A stretch of 64,000 bases of DNA from Candidatus Multivoradales bacterium (GCA_965223325.1 CBDCWI010000002.1:1536001-1600000); one strand, 5' to 3'. Counted from the stretch's first letter, positions 30,401-41,391 are shown. Made by a program: numbers and translations. The notes: generated by a model from the sequence alone, not told the origin.

Positions 30401-32015
30401 ACCACCACGACCGCAACCTCGTTCGAGTCTCGCTTCCGAGCCACCCAGGCCGCGCCAGAAAAAGCGTGTGCGCATCACCTGCATTCAGGTGCCGCTCTTT
30501 CCTCTCGCGGCCCGCCTGCGCGTCGAACCAGAACTCCTGGGCGAAGGCATCACGGTGCTCGAAGGAAGCGGCCAGGCGGCGCGCGTCGTGGCGGCGACCC
30601 GCCTGGCGCGCAACGCTGGCATCAAGGCGGGGCACACGCTGGCGCAAGCCCGGGCGCTTCTGCCGGGATTGATCGCCAGGGCACGTGATCTCGAATGCGA
30701 AAACAGCGCGCAAGAGGCACTGGTCGAAGTCGCCGAGAGCTTCTCGCCGCGGGTTGAAAGCCACAGCGAGGGTCTGGCCTGGTTCGACGCCTCGGGGCTC
30801 GAACACCATCACGACAGCGAAGAAGCAATGGGGCGTGCGGTAGTTCATGCACTCGATGCGGTTGGGCTACCGGCGCGAGTGGGTATCGCGGGTAGCAAAC
30901 TGGCGGCGCGAGTAGCAGCGAGCCTGCCCAGATCACCGCACGTTGTCGCAGCAGGCGAAGAAGCGCGCTTTCTCGCCCCGCTGCCGCTCAACCGTCTGAC
31001 CCCCGAATCGGAAATCGCCAACACCCTCGAACTGTGGGGCATCGCAACCATCGGTGAGCTGGCAGCTCTCGATCGCAGCGAGATTGCCAGCCGTCTCGGC
31101 GAAGCGGGTCAGAAACTTCATGAGACCGCGCGTGGCCTCGACCCCGAACCGCTCGAGCCGCGCCCACCGTCACCGGTAATTCGCGAGGGCATGACCCTCG
31201 AGTGGCCACTTGTCGATCTCGAACCCTTCATGTTCACCGCTCGTGCAGTGCTCGAGCGCATCTGCGGGCGTCTGTCGCAACGCGGCCTCGGCTGCCTCGA
31301 ACTGCAGTTGGCCATGCGGCTCGAGCCCGACGGTTGGCACGAGCGTTCGATCCGTTTGCCATCACCAACGCGTGATCTCGAAACGCTCCTGACGCTCATT
31401 CGCCTCGATCTCGAAGCCCACCCGCCTGATGCGCCGGTGGCGAGCTTCTTTTTTCTCGCCCATCCCGACGCCCCGCGCTCGGCACAGCTTTCACTGCTCG
31501 GCCCGCCGGCCCTTTCACCCGACCGCCTGGCCACTGCCGTCGCCAGGCTTTTCGCGCTGCTCGGACCCGGGCGCGTTGGCTCTCCGCGGTTGCCTTCCGG
31601 GCATCGACCCGAACGCTTCGAACTCGTCGAGTACGAACCGCCACCACCACCGAAAGTCCGCCCCGCCTATCGCACCGGTCGGGGCCTTCTAGCAGTGCGC
31701 GTTCTGCGGCCGCCACTCGAGATCGACGTACACACCAACAAAGGCGATGGCACAGCAAAGGAGCACGGCACACTCGAAGACCGCCCACGGCCAGTCGCCA
31801 TCGAGCGACAGAACCTCGAGAAAAACGAGAAGCGTCCCAAGATCGGCGGCCGCGTCCGAGTCGCATCTGGCCCCTGGGAGCTCGAAGAGGAGTGGTGGTC
31901 CGAGAAGCCGGCGAAACGTGACTACTGGGACGTCGAACTCGACGACGGTTCGATCTACCGCATCTATCGCGACCGTTTAACGGCGAAGTGGTTTGTCGAC
32001 GGGCTCTATGACTGA
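30381..32015 (+). CDS. imuB: ImuB, inactive Y-family polymerase homolog
   Basis: GHTLAQARA, FSPRVE, clamp motif QLSLL, SGPW..EWW...RDYWDVE..GLYD; start may be the GTG at 30468. Confidence 0.88.
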   Translation: MPAASDKPPRPQPRSSLASEPPRPRQKKRVRITCIQVPLFPLAARLRVEPELLGEGITVLEGSGQAARVVAATRLARNAGIKAGHTLAQARALLPGLIARARDLECENSAQEALVEVAESFSPRVESHSEGLAWFDASGLEHHHDSEEAMGRAVVHALDAVGLPARVGIAGSKLAARVAASLPRSPHVVAAGEEARFLAPLPLNRLTPESEIANTLELWGIATIGELAALDRSEIASRLGEAGQKLHETARGLDPEPLEPRPPSPVIREGMTLEWPLVDLEPFMFTARAVLERICGRLSQRGLGCLELQLAMRLEPDGWHERSIRLPSPTRDLETLLTLIRLDLEAHPPDAPVASFFFLAHPDAPRSAQLSLLGPPALSPDRLATAVARLFALLGPGRVGSPRLPSGHRPERFELVEYEPPPPPKVRPAYRTGRGLLAVRVLRPPLEIDVHTNKGDGTAKEHGTLEDRPRPVAIERQNLEKNEKRPKIGGRVRVASGPWELEEEWWSEKPAKRDYWDVELDDGSIYRIYRDRLTAKWFVDGLYD

Positions 32016-32019
32016 GCGA

Positions 32020-32655
32020 TCACTCGACGCCGCGCTCCATGCGGCGAAAGCTCGGCACCCGGCCGAAGGGGCTTTCGTAAGACGACGAGATCAGGGCGGT
32101 GACTTCGAAACCGAGCCGTTCGTAGAGGGCCTGGGCTTGCGGGTTCTCGACCGAAACGTCAAGCGCCGCCCGTGTGCACCCTTTCTGGCGACCGACTTCT
32201 AGTGCGTGTTCGACCAGCTGGGTCCCGATACCGCGGCCGCGCCACTCGCGTGTCACGCCGAGGTGGCCGATGTAGTGCAACCGCCCCTTCGGGGGCTTGA
32301 CGATGCTCTCGGTCTCTAGCCCGCGTCGGATGACGCCCAGGCCTCGCCTGAGACCGTAGTACCCGAGAATCTGGCGCAAGGCCGCAAGCGTATGACCACG
32401 CGCGTCTCGACCGTCGAAGCACGTGCCGGCACCGACGACTTCGCTTTCATGCGTCACCACGAAGTGATGGCCGTAGCCGTGCTCGCCGCCCTCTCTGCGA
32501 AGCGACGAACGCAGGAAGTCTGCTGCCGTCTGCCCCGGCCGGTCGACGAACACATAGTCGAAGGTTTCGGGACCGGAGCTATGAATGAGCGGAACCAACG
32601 CCTCGATGTCTGCCGGAGCCGCCGGGCGAAGTTCGAAGGGAGGCATGGCCGGCAT
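32020..32655 (-). CDS. GNAT N-acetyltransferase
   Basis: LGV..WRGRGIG and N..A..LYERLGF motifs. Confidence 0.9.
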   Translation of the reverse strand: MPAMPPFELRPAAPADIEALVPLIHSSGPETFDYVFVDRPGQTAADFLRSSLRREGGEHGYGHHFVVTHESEVVGAGTCFDGRDARGHTLAALRQILGYYGLRRGLGVIRRGLETESIVKPPKGRLHYIGHLGVTREWRGRGIGTQLVEHALEVGRQKGCTRAALDVSVENPQAQALYERLGFEVTALISSSYESPFGRVPSFRRMERGVE

Positions 32656-32774
32656 CGTACCCTCACCTTCTCACCTTCTCACCCTCTCGGCGCGGAATCC
32701 GGGCTTGTTTGCAATGCTCCGGGTTGCCAACGAGAATTGGCACGCGAACCCCGCCCTTCCACGAATGGCAGGCC

Positions 32775-33305
32775 ATGACCTCTCCCACCTCGACAAACGA
32801 ACCCATTCGAATCACCTGGTCGCGCACCGAAGCCGACGCGGTGCGCGCCATCCGCCTGCACTACAACAACTTGAAGTGGCAGAAGCCGCTCTGGTACCTG
32901 GTCATTCCTCTGGTCCCCGTGCTGCTGGCGATCTACCTGCTGGCTTTCGGTGTCGATCTCCTCGGCATCGCCTACGTGGTCGCCTACGTCGTGATCGTCG
33001 CGGCTGCGGCGCTCTTTCGCTGGGTCATGCTGCCGCGTCATGCCCGGCAGGTTTTCCGACAGCAGAAGGCGCTCCACCAGCCCTTGACGCAAGAGATCGA
33101 CGAACGGGGTCTCGGGGAACAGCGTGGCGACGACAACCGCACCTTCCTACCGTGGGACGCCGTCCACCGCACGATCGAGGGCCCCGACGAATTCATGATC
33201 TATCAGTCCGAGGCGCTCTACCACATGATCCCCAAGCGTGAACTGACGCCAGAGGAAAGCCAACGCGTGCGCGCGATCCTTTCCAACAGGGCGAAGCTCG
33301 GCTGA
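32775..33305 (+). CDS. YcxB-family membrane protein
   Basis: Two TM helices followed by LPW...MIPKR. Confidence 0.75.
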   Translation: MTSPTSTNEPIRITWSRTEADAVRAIRLHYNNLKWQKPLWYLVIPLVPVLLAIYLLAFGVDLLGIAYVVAYVVIVAAAALFRWVMLPRHARQVFRQQKALHQPLTQEIDERGLGEQRGDDNRTFLPWDAVHRTIEGPDEFMIYQSEALYHMIPKRELTPEESQRVRAILSNRAKLG

Positions 33306-33896
33306 GTGAGAACCGTGTCTCGGCTGCTCTCTTCGGGTGTATCGCGCGCGATCATGTTTTTCACCGCGGCTACGCATGCGGCCGTGCTTTCGGCCGCCGT
33401 CGCTGAGACGGCGGCCGAAACAACGCACTCTAAAACCGCGAATCCAGGCGCCTCGACAGGCCTCTGGGTACGCGCCGGAGAACTCGCTCGACTTCCCACC
33501 ACGGGTTGCGCCTGGCAAAGCATGCTGGACGCTGCCAACAGCGTCACCCCGGCGAACGCGACCATTTCTGACCAGAACAGCAACCACAACGTCGAGACCC
33601 TGGCAGCCGCGCTGGTCTTCGCACGGACCAGCAATCCGATCTACCAGGACAAGGTCACCGAGGCGCTCGAAACGCTAGTGGCGGCCGGCAAGCCAGGTGA
33701 TCGAACCCTCGCCTGGGCCCGTGAGGTCGGCGCGTACGCTCTCGCCGCGGATCTGGTTGGCTATCGAACCACAACTCTCGAGACCTGGCTTCGCAACGTG
33801 GCCGAGGTCTGGATTGCTGAAGACAACCGCACCCTCCTCGACATGTTCAAGGCACGACCGAACAACTGGGGGGCTCATGGGTTTGGCTCCCTGGCG
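33306..33896 (+). pseudogene. 5' half of an interrupted secreted alginate-lyase-like (alpha/alpha) protein
   Basis: RTLAWARE..Y.LAADL and RPNNWGAHGFGSLA, then an abrupt change to unrelated sequence. Confidence 0.78.
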
Positions 33897-34066
33897 TTGG
33901 CGAACCATTCCTCTTCAGCGGGGACTTTGCGCAGGGCCTGGAATTGGTCCGAGGTGATGCGGGCCTGCTCGAGGCCACCGGCGGTGGTGTCTCGCGCTGT
34001 GATCGCCTGGGTGGTCTCGACGACTTCTAGCTCCCGCGGCTTCGGGTTGTTGTTCTTCGAGCTCAT
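33896..34066 (-). pseudogene. N-terminal fragment of a tyrosine recombinase
   Basis: GGAGG RBS; ITSDQFQALRKVPAEEEWFAN resembles the recalled VPPExEWFAN start of transposon-associated tyrosine recombinases; cut at the junction. Confidence 0.62.
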
Positions 34067-34238
34067 GAGAGGTCCTCCGAGAACCATGGTGCTGGCCACA
34101 AACATCCAGGCGCATATTGATCTGATAGTATCGCGTTCAAATCAGGCGAGGCCCCCCCGGCCAGATCTCTCCTCATTGAACTCACACCTTGCGCCGGGAT
34201 CGATCTGTAAATCGACCCAGATCCGGAAGGTGTGAGAC

Positions 34239-37200
34239 ATGTTCAGAAAAAGACATCGGTGGACCCGTTGCACGGCCTGGCCCCTCCTTGGAGCTTCGAT
34301 CGTTGCTCTCGCGCTCTTCTCGACCGCATCGATGCATGCGCAACAGCAGGCGATGAACCCGCGCGGGATCGCTATCTCTCCGAGGTAACGAGCGGAGTCG
34401 TCCTGGGCGGTTTCGAAGAAGACTTCGACTTCTTCAGTGGTCGCCTCGTCTTCCGGATGACCCCGATTGATCTTCCGGTGCGTGCTGACCAGCGCATGAC
34501 AGTCAGTCTTTACTACAGCTCAGACGTCTGGAACCGCACCGACATTCGCCAGACCCACGTCGCCTCGGCTGACACGACGGACCACCTCGGTGGATCGGGA
34601 TGGCAACTCCACATGGGGAAGGTTCTGAACCCCAACGGCGCTGGGAGTTCCGAATTCAATCCCGACAGCCCGCTCCTGATTCTGCCCGACGGCACCTCAA
34701 AACGCTTCTACAACTCAGACAGCGGCGGATTCATCTCGGCCGACCGTTGGAAGTACGCGAACACCGGCTTCAACCTTTGGGAGGCCACCGGAACCGACGG
34801 AACCGTCTACGAGTTCAGTGGCAACGGTTCAGCGGCGGGCTCCTACCTCCATGACCAGAACGGCATTGCGCAGTGCACTCGGATCACCGATGTGCACGGC
34901 AACGACATCAACATCACCTACACCGGTGCCGGACTGATCGACAAGGTCACCGACGAGCACGGTCGAACCGTCGAGTTCACCTACGTCGGCGGTGCTGACC
35001 GCATCCAGTACATGCGCTTGAAGAACGGCAGCATCACGTTGGCCGAAAGGGAGTTTCGCTACGGCAACTCGGCCCAGCTCACCTTCGTTCACAGCTTCGG
35101 AACCCGCACCGCCTATGCGCTCGAAGAGATCGTGCCGCCTGAGGGCGACAGTTGGTTCTTTAGCTATGTCCCTGCCTCCTCGAACATCGGAGACGGCAAG
35201 CACATGCTCTCGGGCATCACCCTGCCTTCCGGCGGAACCCTCGACTACTCCTGGGACCCTGTGTTCTTCGAGGTCGGGTGCCAGTCCTCGATCGACGTCC
35301 CAAGGCTGGCCCTCGACCAAGAACCATGGGCGGCCGAAACGTCCCCCAGGGTGTTTACAACTACACCTACTCGAATCCCGGGACCGATGGTGCGGTGACC
35401 ACAGTCGATGGCCCGGGAGCCTTCCAGGAGGTCTACACCTTCGACGGTTGGGATGCCTACGATGTCCCTTTCGACAACGAGATCTGGCAGGTCGGCCTTC
35501 TCAAATCCGTAGTGCGAACCGACGGGCTCCAGACAACCACTGAAACTCGGACCTACGTCGAAGGCGACACGCTGTCGACCTCGAACTGGCAACACAGCAG
35601 CTCTTGGGTCAGTTGTGGGTCCTCACGCAAGCGCGCCGCCATCAAGTTCGTTAAGCCCTCACAGATACAGACCGTCACACAACGAGACGGTGGTACCTAC
35701 ACAACCACGCTCTCGAACTTCGACCAGTACGGGAATCCGGACACGATCACGGAGTCCGGCGATGCCACGCGCACCACGACGCTCGACTACTGGTACTCCA
35801 CTCCCGAGAACATCCTCGATGGTCGTCTCGCCCTGCGCGACCAGAACCCAGGCTCCTACGAAACCCACATCTATTCGACCAAAGGCCAGAGAACTAGAAC
35901 TTGCCTCGAAGACACCAACATCAACTGCACCACCGGCCTACGTACCGATTTCACCTACGACGGCTTCGGGCGGCTCACCAAGGAGGTCGTCGAGAACGAC
36001 TCCGAAGACCGGGAACGGTCGTATTTCGACTTCGCGTTTGGCAAGCCCGAGCGCGATGTCATCAATATGAACTCGGTGTCCGATATCGAAATCAACCGCA
36101 ACATCAACGCCCGTGGCCTCGTCGACTGGGAGGAGGACGGGCGCGACGCGGCCACCTAACGCACCTTCTATCAGTACGACGACCTCGGCCGACTCACCCT
36201 CGTCGACCCTCCCCTTGGGGCATCGACCACCTTCTTCTACGAATCTGATAGTTCCGCTATTGAATTGACGAGAGGCACAGGCGCAACCGCCTACAGAACG
36301 GAGTACCTCCTTGACGGCTTTCAGCGTCTCACCGCTTGGCACGACATCGAGCGCAACGACAGACGCGACATCACCTACGACGAGGTCGGGCGTCGGGTCC
36401 AGGAGGACTACATGAAAGGCGGCCTCGTTGCAGATACACACTTCTTTGACGTCGTCGGGCGACTCACGGAGGTCCTGCACCCAGACTCCACGTCCATCCT
36501 CTACACCTTTGGGCGCTCAGCCTTCCCAGCCTCAGCAACAACCACAATCTTTGACGAAGAAGACCACGACACGGTCCTCCCCTACGAGATCTATGGATCA
36601 CCCGACGACGGCCGACTCGCCCAGGTTCGCGACGCCGACAACAAGCTGTGGAAGTACGAGTACCACGCTGACTACGACCTGCTGACGAAGATCGACCCCC
36701 CAAGTGGAGCCAACCGGGAGTTCGTCTACAACGCCAGGCGGCTCCTGGAGCGCGAGAAACACCCGGAAACGGTCGACATCATCTACCGCTACAACCGGGC
36801 CGGGGATCGCGACGAGCGAGAGGCAGCCTCCGAGATTGTGACGTTCGGATACGACCACGCTGGACGGCTGACTTCTCTCGATCCTCCCGGTAGCCCGCCA
36901 GAACGTTCGGCTACGACGGCGCAGGGCTTAGGGTCTCCGCGGGTTCTCCCTCGGGCTCCCACGTCTTCACCTACGACGAAGCACAACGCATCACGCAGCG
37001 ACTCGCCCTTCTGCCGGGCAACACCCGAACGATCCAGATTGGCTACAACGATCTCGACCAGGTGACCAGCATCACCTACCCGAGTGGCCGTATCGTTCGC
37101 TACCTGTACAACAACCAGGGCCGCCCCATCAAGGTCTTCGAAAGCGGCCAGGTCGACTATGCGAGCGACGTGTCCTACAAAGTCCATGGTGGCATTGACA

Positions 37201-37613
37201 CCATCACCTACGGCAACGGAGTCCAGAGCACCTTCACCTACGACAACCGCTTCCGGCCTACCCAGATCGCGGCTACCCATTCGACCCTCAACCTCTCCTG
37301 GGACGACCGCAGCAACCTCTCAACCTGGTCGACGGGTGGCGTCTCGCGCTCCTTCGCTTACGACGAGCTCGGACGCATCACGAGCGCCGGTGGTCCGAAT
37401 GGGGAGAACATCTCCTCCTACCTATACGACGACCACGGCAACCGCACGAGTCGCACGGTCAACGGAACATCCGAGACCTACAACTATTCGAACAACCGAC
37501 TCACCTCGGTCACTGGAGGCTTCTCCGAGTCCTACGACTATGACACCCGGGGACGAATGACGGACCGTGGGTCTGATGACTTCGACTACGACCCACTTTC
37601 CAATCTCACTGCG
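34239..37613 (+). pseudogene. RHS/YD-repeat protein, disrupted and 3'-truncated
   Basis: Signal peptide from ATG 34239; many YD..GRL repeats; frameshifts at ~34360, ~35310 and ~36890; in-frame TAA at 36157; no RHS core or toxin tip. Confidence 0.85.
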
Positions 37614-38042
37614 GGTAGGAGTCGTGAGGTCGAAGGCCTCGGTGTAGGAGACGAACGCGACGTCGAGTTCCTGAAGCTCCTGGAGGGTGCCGACCAGGTC
37701 GGAGAGTGATCGCCCCCAGCGGTCGAGGCGCCAGACGAGGACGATGTCGATCTCGCGTCGCCTGGCCGCTTCGAGGAGCCGATCCCGCTCAGGTCGTCGT
37801 TTCGAGCCTGAAGCGACCTCCTCGACGACGAGGGCTTCCTGCCAGCCGCGGCGCTCGAGAAACTCGCGCAGTTGGTGCAGCTGCATGGCGATGGTGTGCT
37901 GGTGCGGGGTCGAGACCCGCGCATAAAGACCGACCCGAGGCGAGCCCTCGGGTCGGGTGGGGGAGGGGTGGCCAAAAACCCCCTCGTCAGAGGTCGATTT
38001 CAGGCCACTGTTTCCGGGGGGCTTGGAGGACGGTTTCGGCAT
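37614..38042 (-). pseudogene. Serine recombinase (resolvase/invertase) truncated after the catalytic domain
   Basis: YARVST, SG..RP, RLDRWGRS and FDLTTPT motifs; helix E and HTH missing. Confidence 0.88.
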
Positions 38043-38144
38043 GGTCGAAACCTATACCTTTTGGCCATCTCTCAGTTTGCTTTGTCCTTCGGTCGGGCCT
38101 CCTCCCGTATGCATGCGCTTGAGCGGGAGGGATGAGACACTTGA

Positions 38145-38175
38145 GACACCCCCCACCTTCAAGGTGAGGGGTGTC
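38145..38175. terminator. Hairpin downstream of the Cys-rich peptide gene
   Basis: GACACCCCCCACCT-tca-AGGTGAGGGGTGTC, 13 of 14 bases paired. Confidence 0.55.
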
Positions 38176-38189
38176 AGGCCTCAGTCACA

Positions 38190-38426
38190 CTAGACGCGGC
38201 AGTCGAAGAAGTCGCAGCAGTAGGTCCATTCTCCGCCCACGTTGCACTGGTACACGGTGCAATAGTCGGTGGAATCAGGGCTCCAAACACAGTTAGAGCC
38301 CTGGCCGCCCCCTGCGCACTCCTGGCAGGCATGTGCAGTCACAGAGGCTGGAGCAACGAGTGCGAGAGCACAAGCCAGGGCCAGTGCGATCCACATGGTT
38401 TTGCGAGCAGTGAACTTTGCAAACAT
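38190..38426 (-). CDS. Small secreted Cys-rich peptide
   Basis: AAGGAG RBS; signal peptide ending AHA; 8 Cys in a predicted 45-aa mature region. Confidence 0.78.
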   Translation of the reverse strand: MFAKFTARKTMWIALALACALALVAPASVTAHACQECAGGGQGSNCVWSPDSTDYCTVYQCNVGGEWTYCCDFFDCRV

Positions 38427-38458
38427 TTCTATCTCCTTGGTTATCGGGGTCAGCAGCG

Positions 38459-39139
38459 TTACGGCTGCCGAGCCCCGTCCTTGTTAGGGGCGACGGGCAT
38501 CACCTCGAAGCGCCCCACTTCGGGTTGGTACTGCCTTCGAATACGCAAGACAGATCCGGGCTTGAGTCGATTGAGATCTTCGCGGACAGGGTTGAACGAG
38601 TTGAGGAACACGGTGAGGCCCTCGCTGGCTTTCGTCCAGCGGCTGTCGCCGCTTCCGGCGGTTCGGACTTCGAGGCCTGTTGTGCCGAGACGGACATCGA
38701 GTTCGTCGTCCACCGAAAACAGGGTGGAGGCTTCTTGAGAGCCTTCTTCAAGAAGCATGTTGCGGCGCATCCGCCGAAAGTCCTGCGTAGCTTCTTGGGG
38801 GCGGTTTCCAAGAGTGACGGTCTTCTCTAGCCGTTCGGTAACCGCATCTGCGATTCGCTCGATGACCACCTTCATGTGGTCTCCAGCTGCGAATCCCTGC
38901 AGCAGGTCGACAAAGTAGCGCCGACTCTTTCCTTCGAGGGAGTGGCCCTCGACCTCAAGCACGAGGTCATTCACAAGGAGCCCAGCGGCTTCAGCGGCCG
39001 ATCCCGACTCCACATCAACGACGAGGACGCCCCGAGGGTCGGGGTGTACGCTGATCCCTAGGTAGCCTTGATTCTGGGCGCTCACCGGAAGCGAGAACAG
39101 AGCGAAAACGAGCATACAAAAGCCCCTGACGATCACCAT
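38459..39139 (-). CDS. Secreted PDZ-domain protein
   Basis: GYLGI..V..GSAAEAAGL..D motif; signal peptide; ATG overlaps the upstream stop. Confidence 0.78.
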   Translation of the reverse strand: MVIVRGFCMLVFALFSLPVSAQNQGYLGISVHPDPRGVLVVDVESGSAAEAAGLLVNDLVLEVEGHSLEGKSRRYFVDLLQGFAAGDHMKVVIERIADAVTERLEKTVTLGNRPQEATQDFRRMRRNMLLEEGSQEASTLFSVDDELDVRLGTTGLEVRTAGSGDSRWTKASEGLTVFLNSFNPVREDLNRLKPGSVLRIRRQYQPEVGRFEVMPVAPNKDGARQP

Positions 39140-41391
39140 GATGCTTCCACTCCTGCCATGACTTGAGCCTCCTCGCAAGGTGTTGAGTTCTTGGCCAGGT
39201 CTGGGCAGTACCGATAGAGGCCGGGCGCCGCGCCGCGGACAAGAAGAGCGTTGTCGAAAACCTCTACCATCGGTCCGAGTTCCTTTGCCAAGGTGAGCAC
39301 GCTCACCGCTCCGCCGTTCACTGCCACCAGCCAGCTGTCCTGAAGAGAGTCGGGCCTAGGTATCCGTATGGACCCTGTTTCGTGAGGCATAACCACGCGA
39401 AGCCGTTCGCCTTCGCTGCGCTCTGATGATGAGTAGTCCAGCGCGGCAAGTTGAAAGCTGTAGGCGGTTCGCGTGAGGATCGATGCCTGTCTAGGACTCG
39501 GTGGTAGCCGGAGGACGGCGACGCCATCAGGACCAGTCGCTCCATTGACGTAGAAGGCCGCCGCATGTGTGGGCATGGCGACGACTCGAACATCTGGAAT
39601 AGGAGAGCCGCTTGCCGAGACGGTTTCGATCTCGACGGGAATCCGATTCTGAAGAGTGAGATTCAAGGGAGGCTGCTCAAGACCCTCCTGGAGGTGCACG
39701 TCGACCCATTCAGATTGAGAGTCGCCGTCATGTGCTCTTGCGTGGATGCTGAGACGGCCGGGTACCATGCCATCAACTTCGAATCGTCCTTCTTCGTCGA
39801 GGCCAACCTGGAACTCTCGTGTGCCGAGTCGTCCGCTTTCCTGGCCAGGTTCGGAGAACTCACGCGCGGCCCAGACGATCGCTTCGGGCTCAGGGATCAG
39901 CTCTCCGTCAACTTCGCGCCACACGACCCCCTCAAGGTAGGTGTCCGGCAGCTCGATTCGGAGAATGGCTTTCCCGCTAGGACCCCGATCGACTTCAATG
40001 GGCTCGAGCTGCAGGGTGCCTTCGACTACACCGGAAGCGCATGAGCCGCAATGGGCACTGTCGAAAACACGCTCGAGAGGCCATAGACCCTCGTTGGGCA
40101 AGTAGCCCTCGAATCGACCCTCTTCGTCGGAGGCCATCTGAAGACGCTTGGCTCCGGTGTTCGTTCCGAAGAGCAGCTCTGTTTGAACGGGCTCATCTCC
40201 TCGGGAGATCCGCCCTACCACCTCAACGCCTGGAATCTCAACGTACAGCTCGTCACTCACGAGGTCATGATGCTCGGCGTACCAGACGTTTCTATGTTCA
40301 TCCTGAACGGTGACGAGGTACCAGCCGGTGGCAGTTTCTGGGAGGGTGGCATAGCCGAAGTCGTCGAGGTTCGTCTCGCCGCTATCCTCGAAGCGCGATG
40401 TCCCCCCGATGTTCTTTCGAAGGATCACCGTCCAGTGGCCACCCGCCGGTGGCGTTAGTGGGCTAACTGTGACCTCAAGAGAGAGCAACCGTTGGAGTTC
40501 AATTGGTCGCTCTTCCTGTCGGTCTTCCTGCGGTGAGAGACGAACAACGCGCTCAGCAGGCGAGAAGCCCTCCAAGTCGGCGGTAAGGCGGTAGAGGCCA
40601 GCGCGAAGGCCTTGAAATTCGAAGAGACCTCTTGCGAAGGAGGCTGGCCATTCGGCCATCAGAGGGCGAACGAAGCTGGAGGGAGATTCGGCACCACCGT
40701 GCCAGAGGGTGAGGATGGCCTCTTCGGGAACCACTTGCCCGCCAAAGCGAGCCCCGGGTATCGGTGAGACTTCAGTGGATCCAGAAGACCACCCTTCCTT
40801 GGCGACGAAGCTGGGTTCATGCCCCGGGAGCTGGAAGCGAAGCGTCGAGGCATCCTCTGGTACCAAGCACTCATAGTTCCGCTTTTCCGCGAGATTACAG
40901 AGAGCAAGCCGCTCTCCTCGGCGCGTAGAGACTCTCGCGGCTAGCGGGTTTGGGAGGCGGAAGCCTGAGTTATCGGTTTCAAAGCCCTTGACGTTGATAG
41001 TGACCGCAACAGCTGGCACCGCTTCGACAACGCCCTCGGTGGTACTAAGCGGCGTGGTTTCGCCGATCCAAGGAACGTCACCAGGATTGATAGGCGGAAA
41101 CACCAGGAGAGCCCGTGCACGTTCACCCGGGCCGTCGGTCCCGGAGCGAAGAATCGAGATTGGTAAGGAGGCCATGCCGTCGCTGGCCTGGACTTCACCG
41201 AGCTGGTATTCGTTGATGCTCTGAAGAGCCGAGAGTGAGGTGATGCTCGGCGGCTCGGCGATGAGCAGGGCGCGCTCGGAAGGCTCGTCCGAGGATCCGG
41301 TAGAGGCACCGCACCAGCCGCTGAAGACAAGAAAGAGCGCGAAGCCGAAAAGCCGCCGTTCTATTCGCTTCTGAAGGATCTGAGTCCGCAA
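39133..41391 (-). CDS. Exported protein with carboxypeptidase-regulatory-like / transthyretin-fold repeats
   Basis: Repeated D..GRF and GL..G.Y.L.A..GF motifs; N-terminal hydrophobic segment. Confidence 0.72.
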   Translation of the reverse strand: MRTQILQKRIERRLFGFALFLVFSGWCGASTGSSDEPSERALLIAEPPSITSLSALQSINEYQLGEVQASDGMASLPISILRSGTDGPGERARALLVFPPINPGDVPWIGETTPLSTTEGVVEAVPAVAVTINVKGFETDNSGFRLPNPLAARVSTRRGERLALCNLAEKRNYECLVPEDASTLRFQLPGHEPSFVAKEGWSSGSTEVSPIPGARFGGQVVPEEAILTLWHGGAESPSSFVRPLMAEWPASFARGLFEFQGLRAGLYRLTADLEGFSPAERVVRLSPQEDRQEERPIELQRLLSLEVTVSPLTPPAGGHWTVILRKNIGGTSRFEDSGETNLDDFGYATLPETATGWYLVTVQDEHRNVWYAEHHDLVSDELYVEIPGVEVVGRISRGDEPVQTELLFGTNTGAKRLQMASDEEGRFEGYLPNEGLWPLERVFDSAHCGSCASGVVEGTLQLEPIEVDRGPSGKAILRIELPDTYLEGVVWREVDGELIPEPEAIVWAAREFSEPGQESGRLGTREFQVGLDEEGRFEVDGMVPGRLSIHARAHDGDSQSEWVDVHLQEGLEQPPLNLTLQNRIPVEIETVSASGSPIPDVRVVAMPTHAAAFYVNGATGPDGVAVLRLPPSPRQASILTRTAYSFQLAALDYSSSERSEGERLRVVMPHETGSIRIPRPDSLQDSWLVAVNGGAVSVLTLAKELGPMVEVFDNALLVRGAAPGLYRYCPDLAKNSTPCEEAQVMAGVEASW

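Noticed and set aside
33890-33905. Integron-type G|TT crossover at the left junction
   Set aside because: GTTGGCG does not fit GTTRRRY, the right junction has no GTT, and no attC or intI is seen
33306-34235. The 309-aa ORF as an intact gene
   Set aside because: Sequence after codon 197 is read-through into the insert, antisense to the recombinase fragment
34239-37613. Programmed frameshifting or a DGR target in the RHS gene
   Set aside because: Multiple scattered lesions plus a nonsense codon; no reverse transcriptase or TR/VR pair
37422-37613. Novel C-terminal domain on the resolvase
   Set aside because: It is antisense read-through into the RHS remnant
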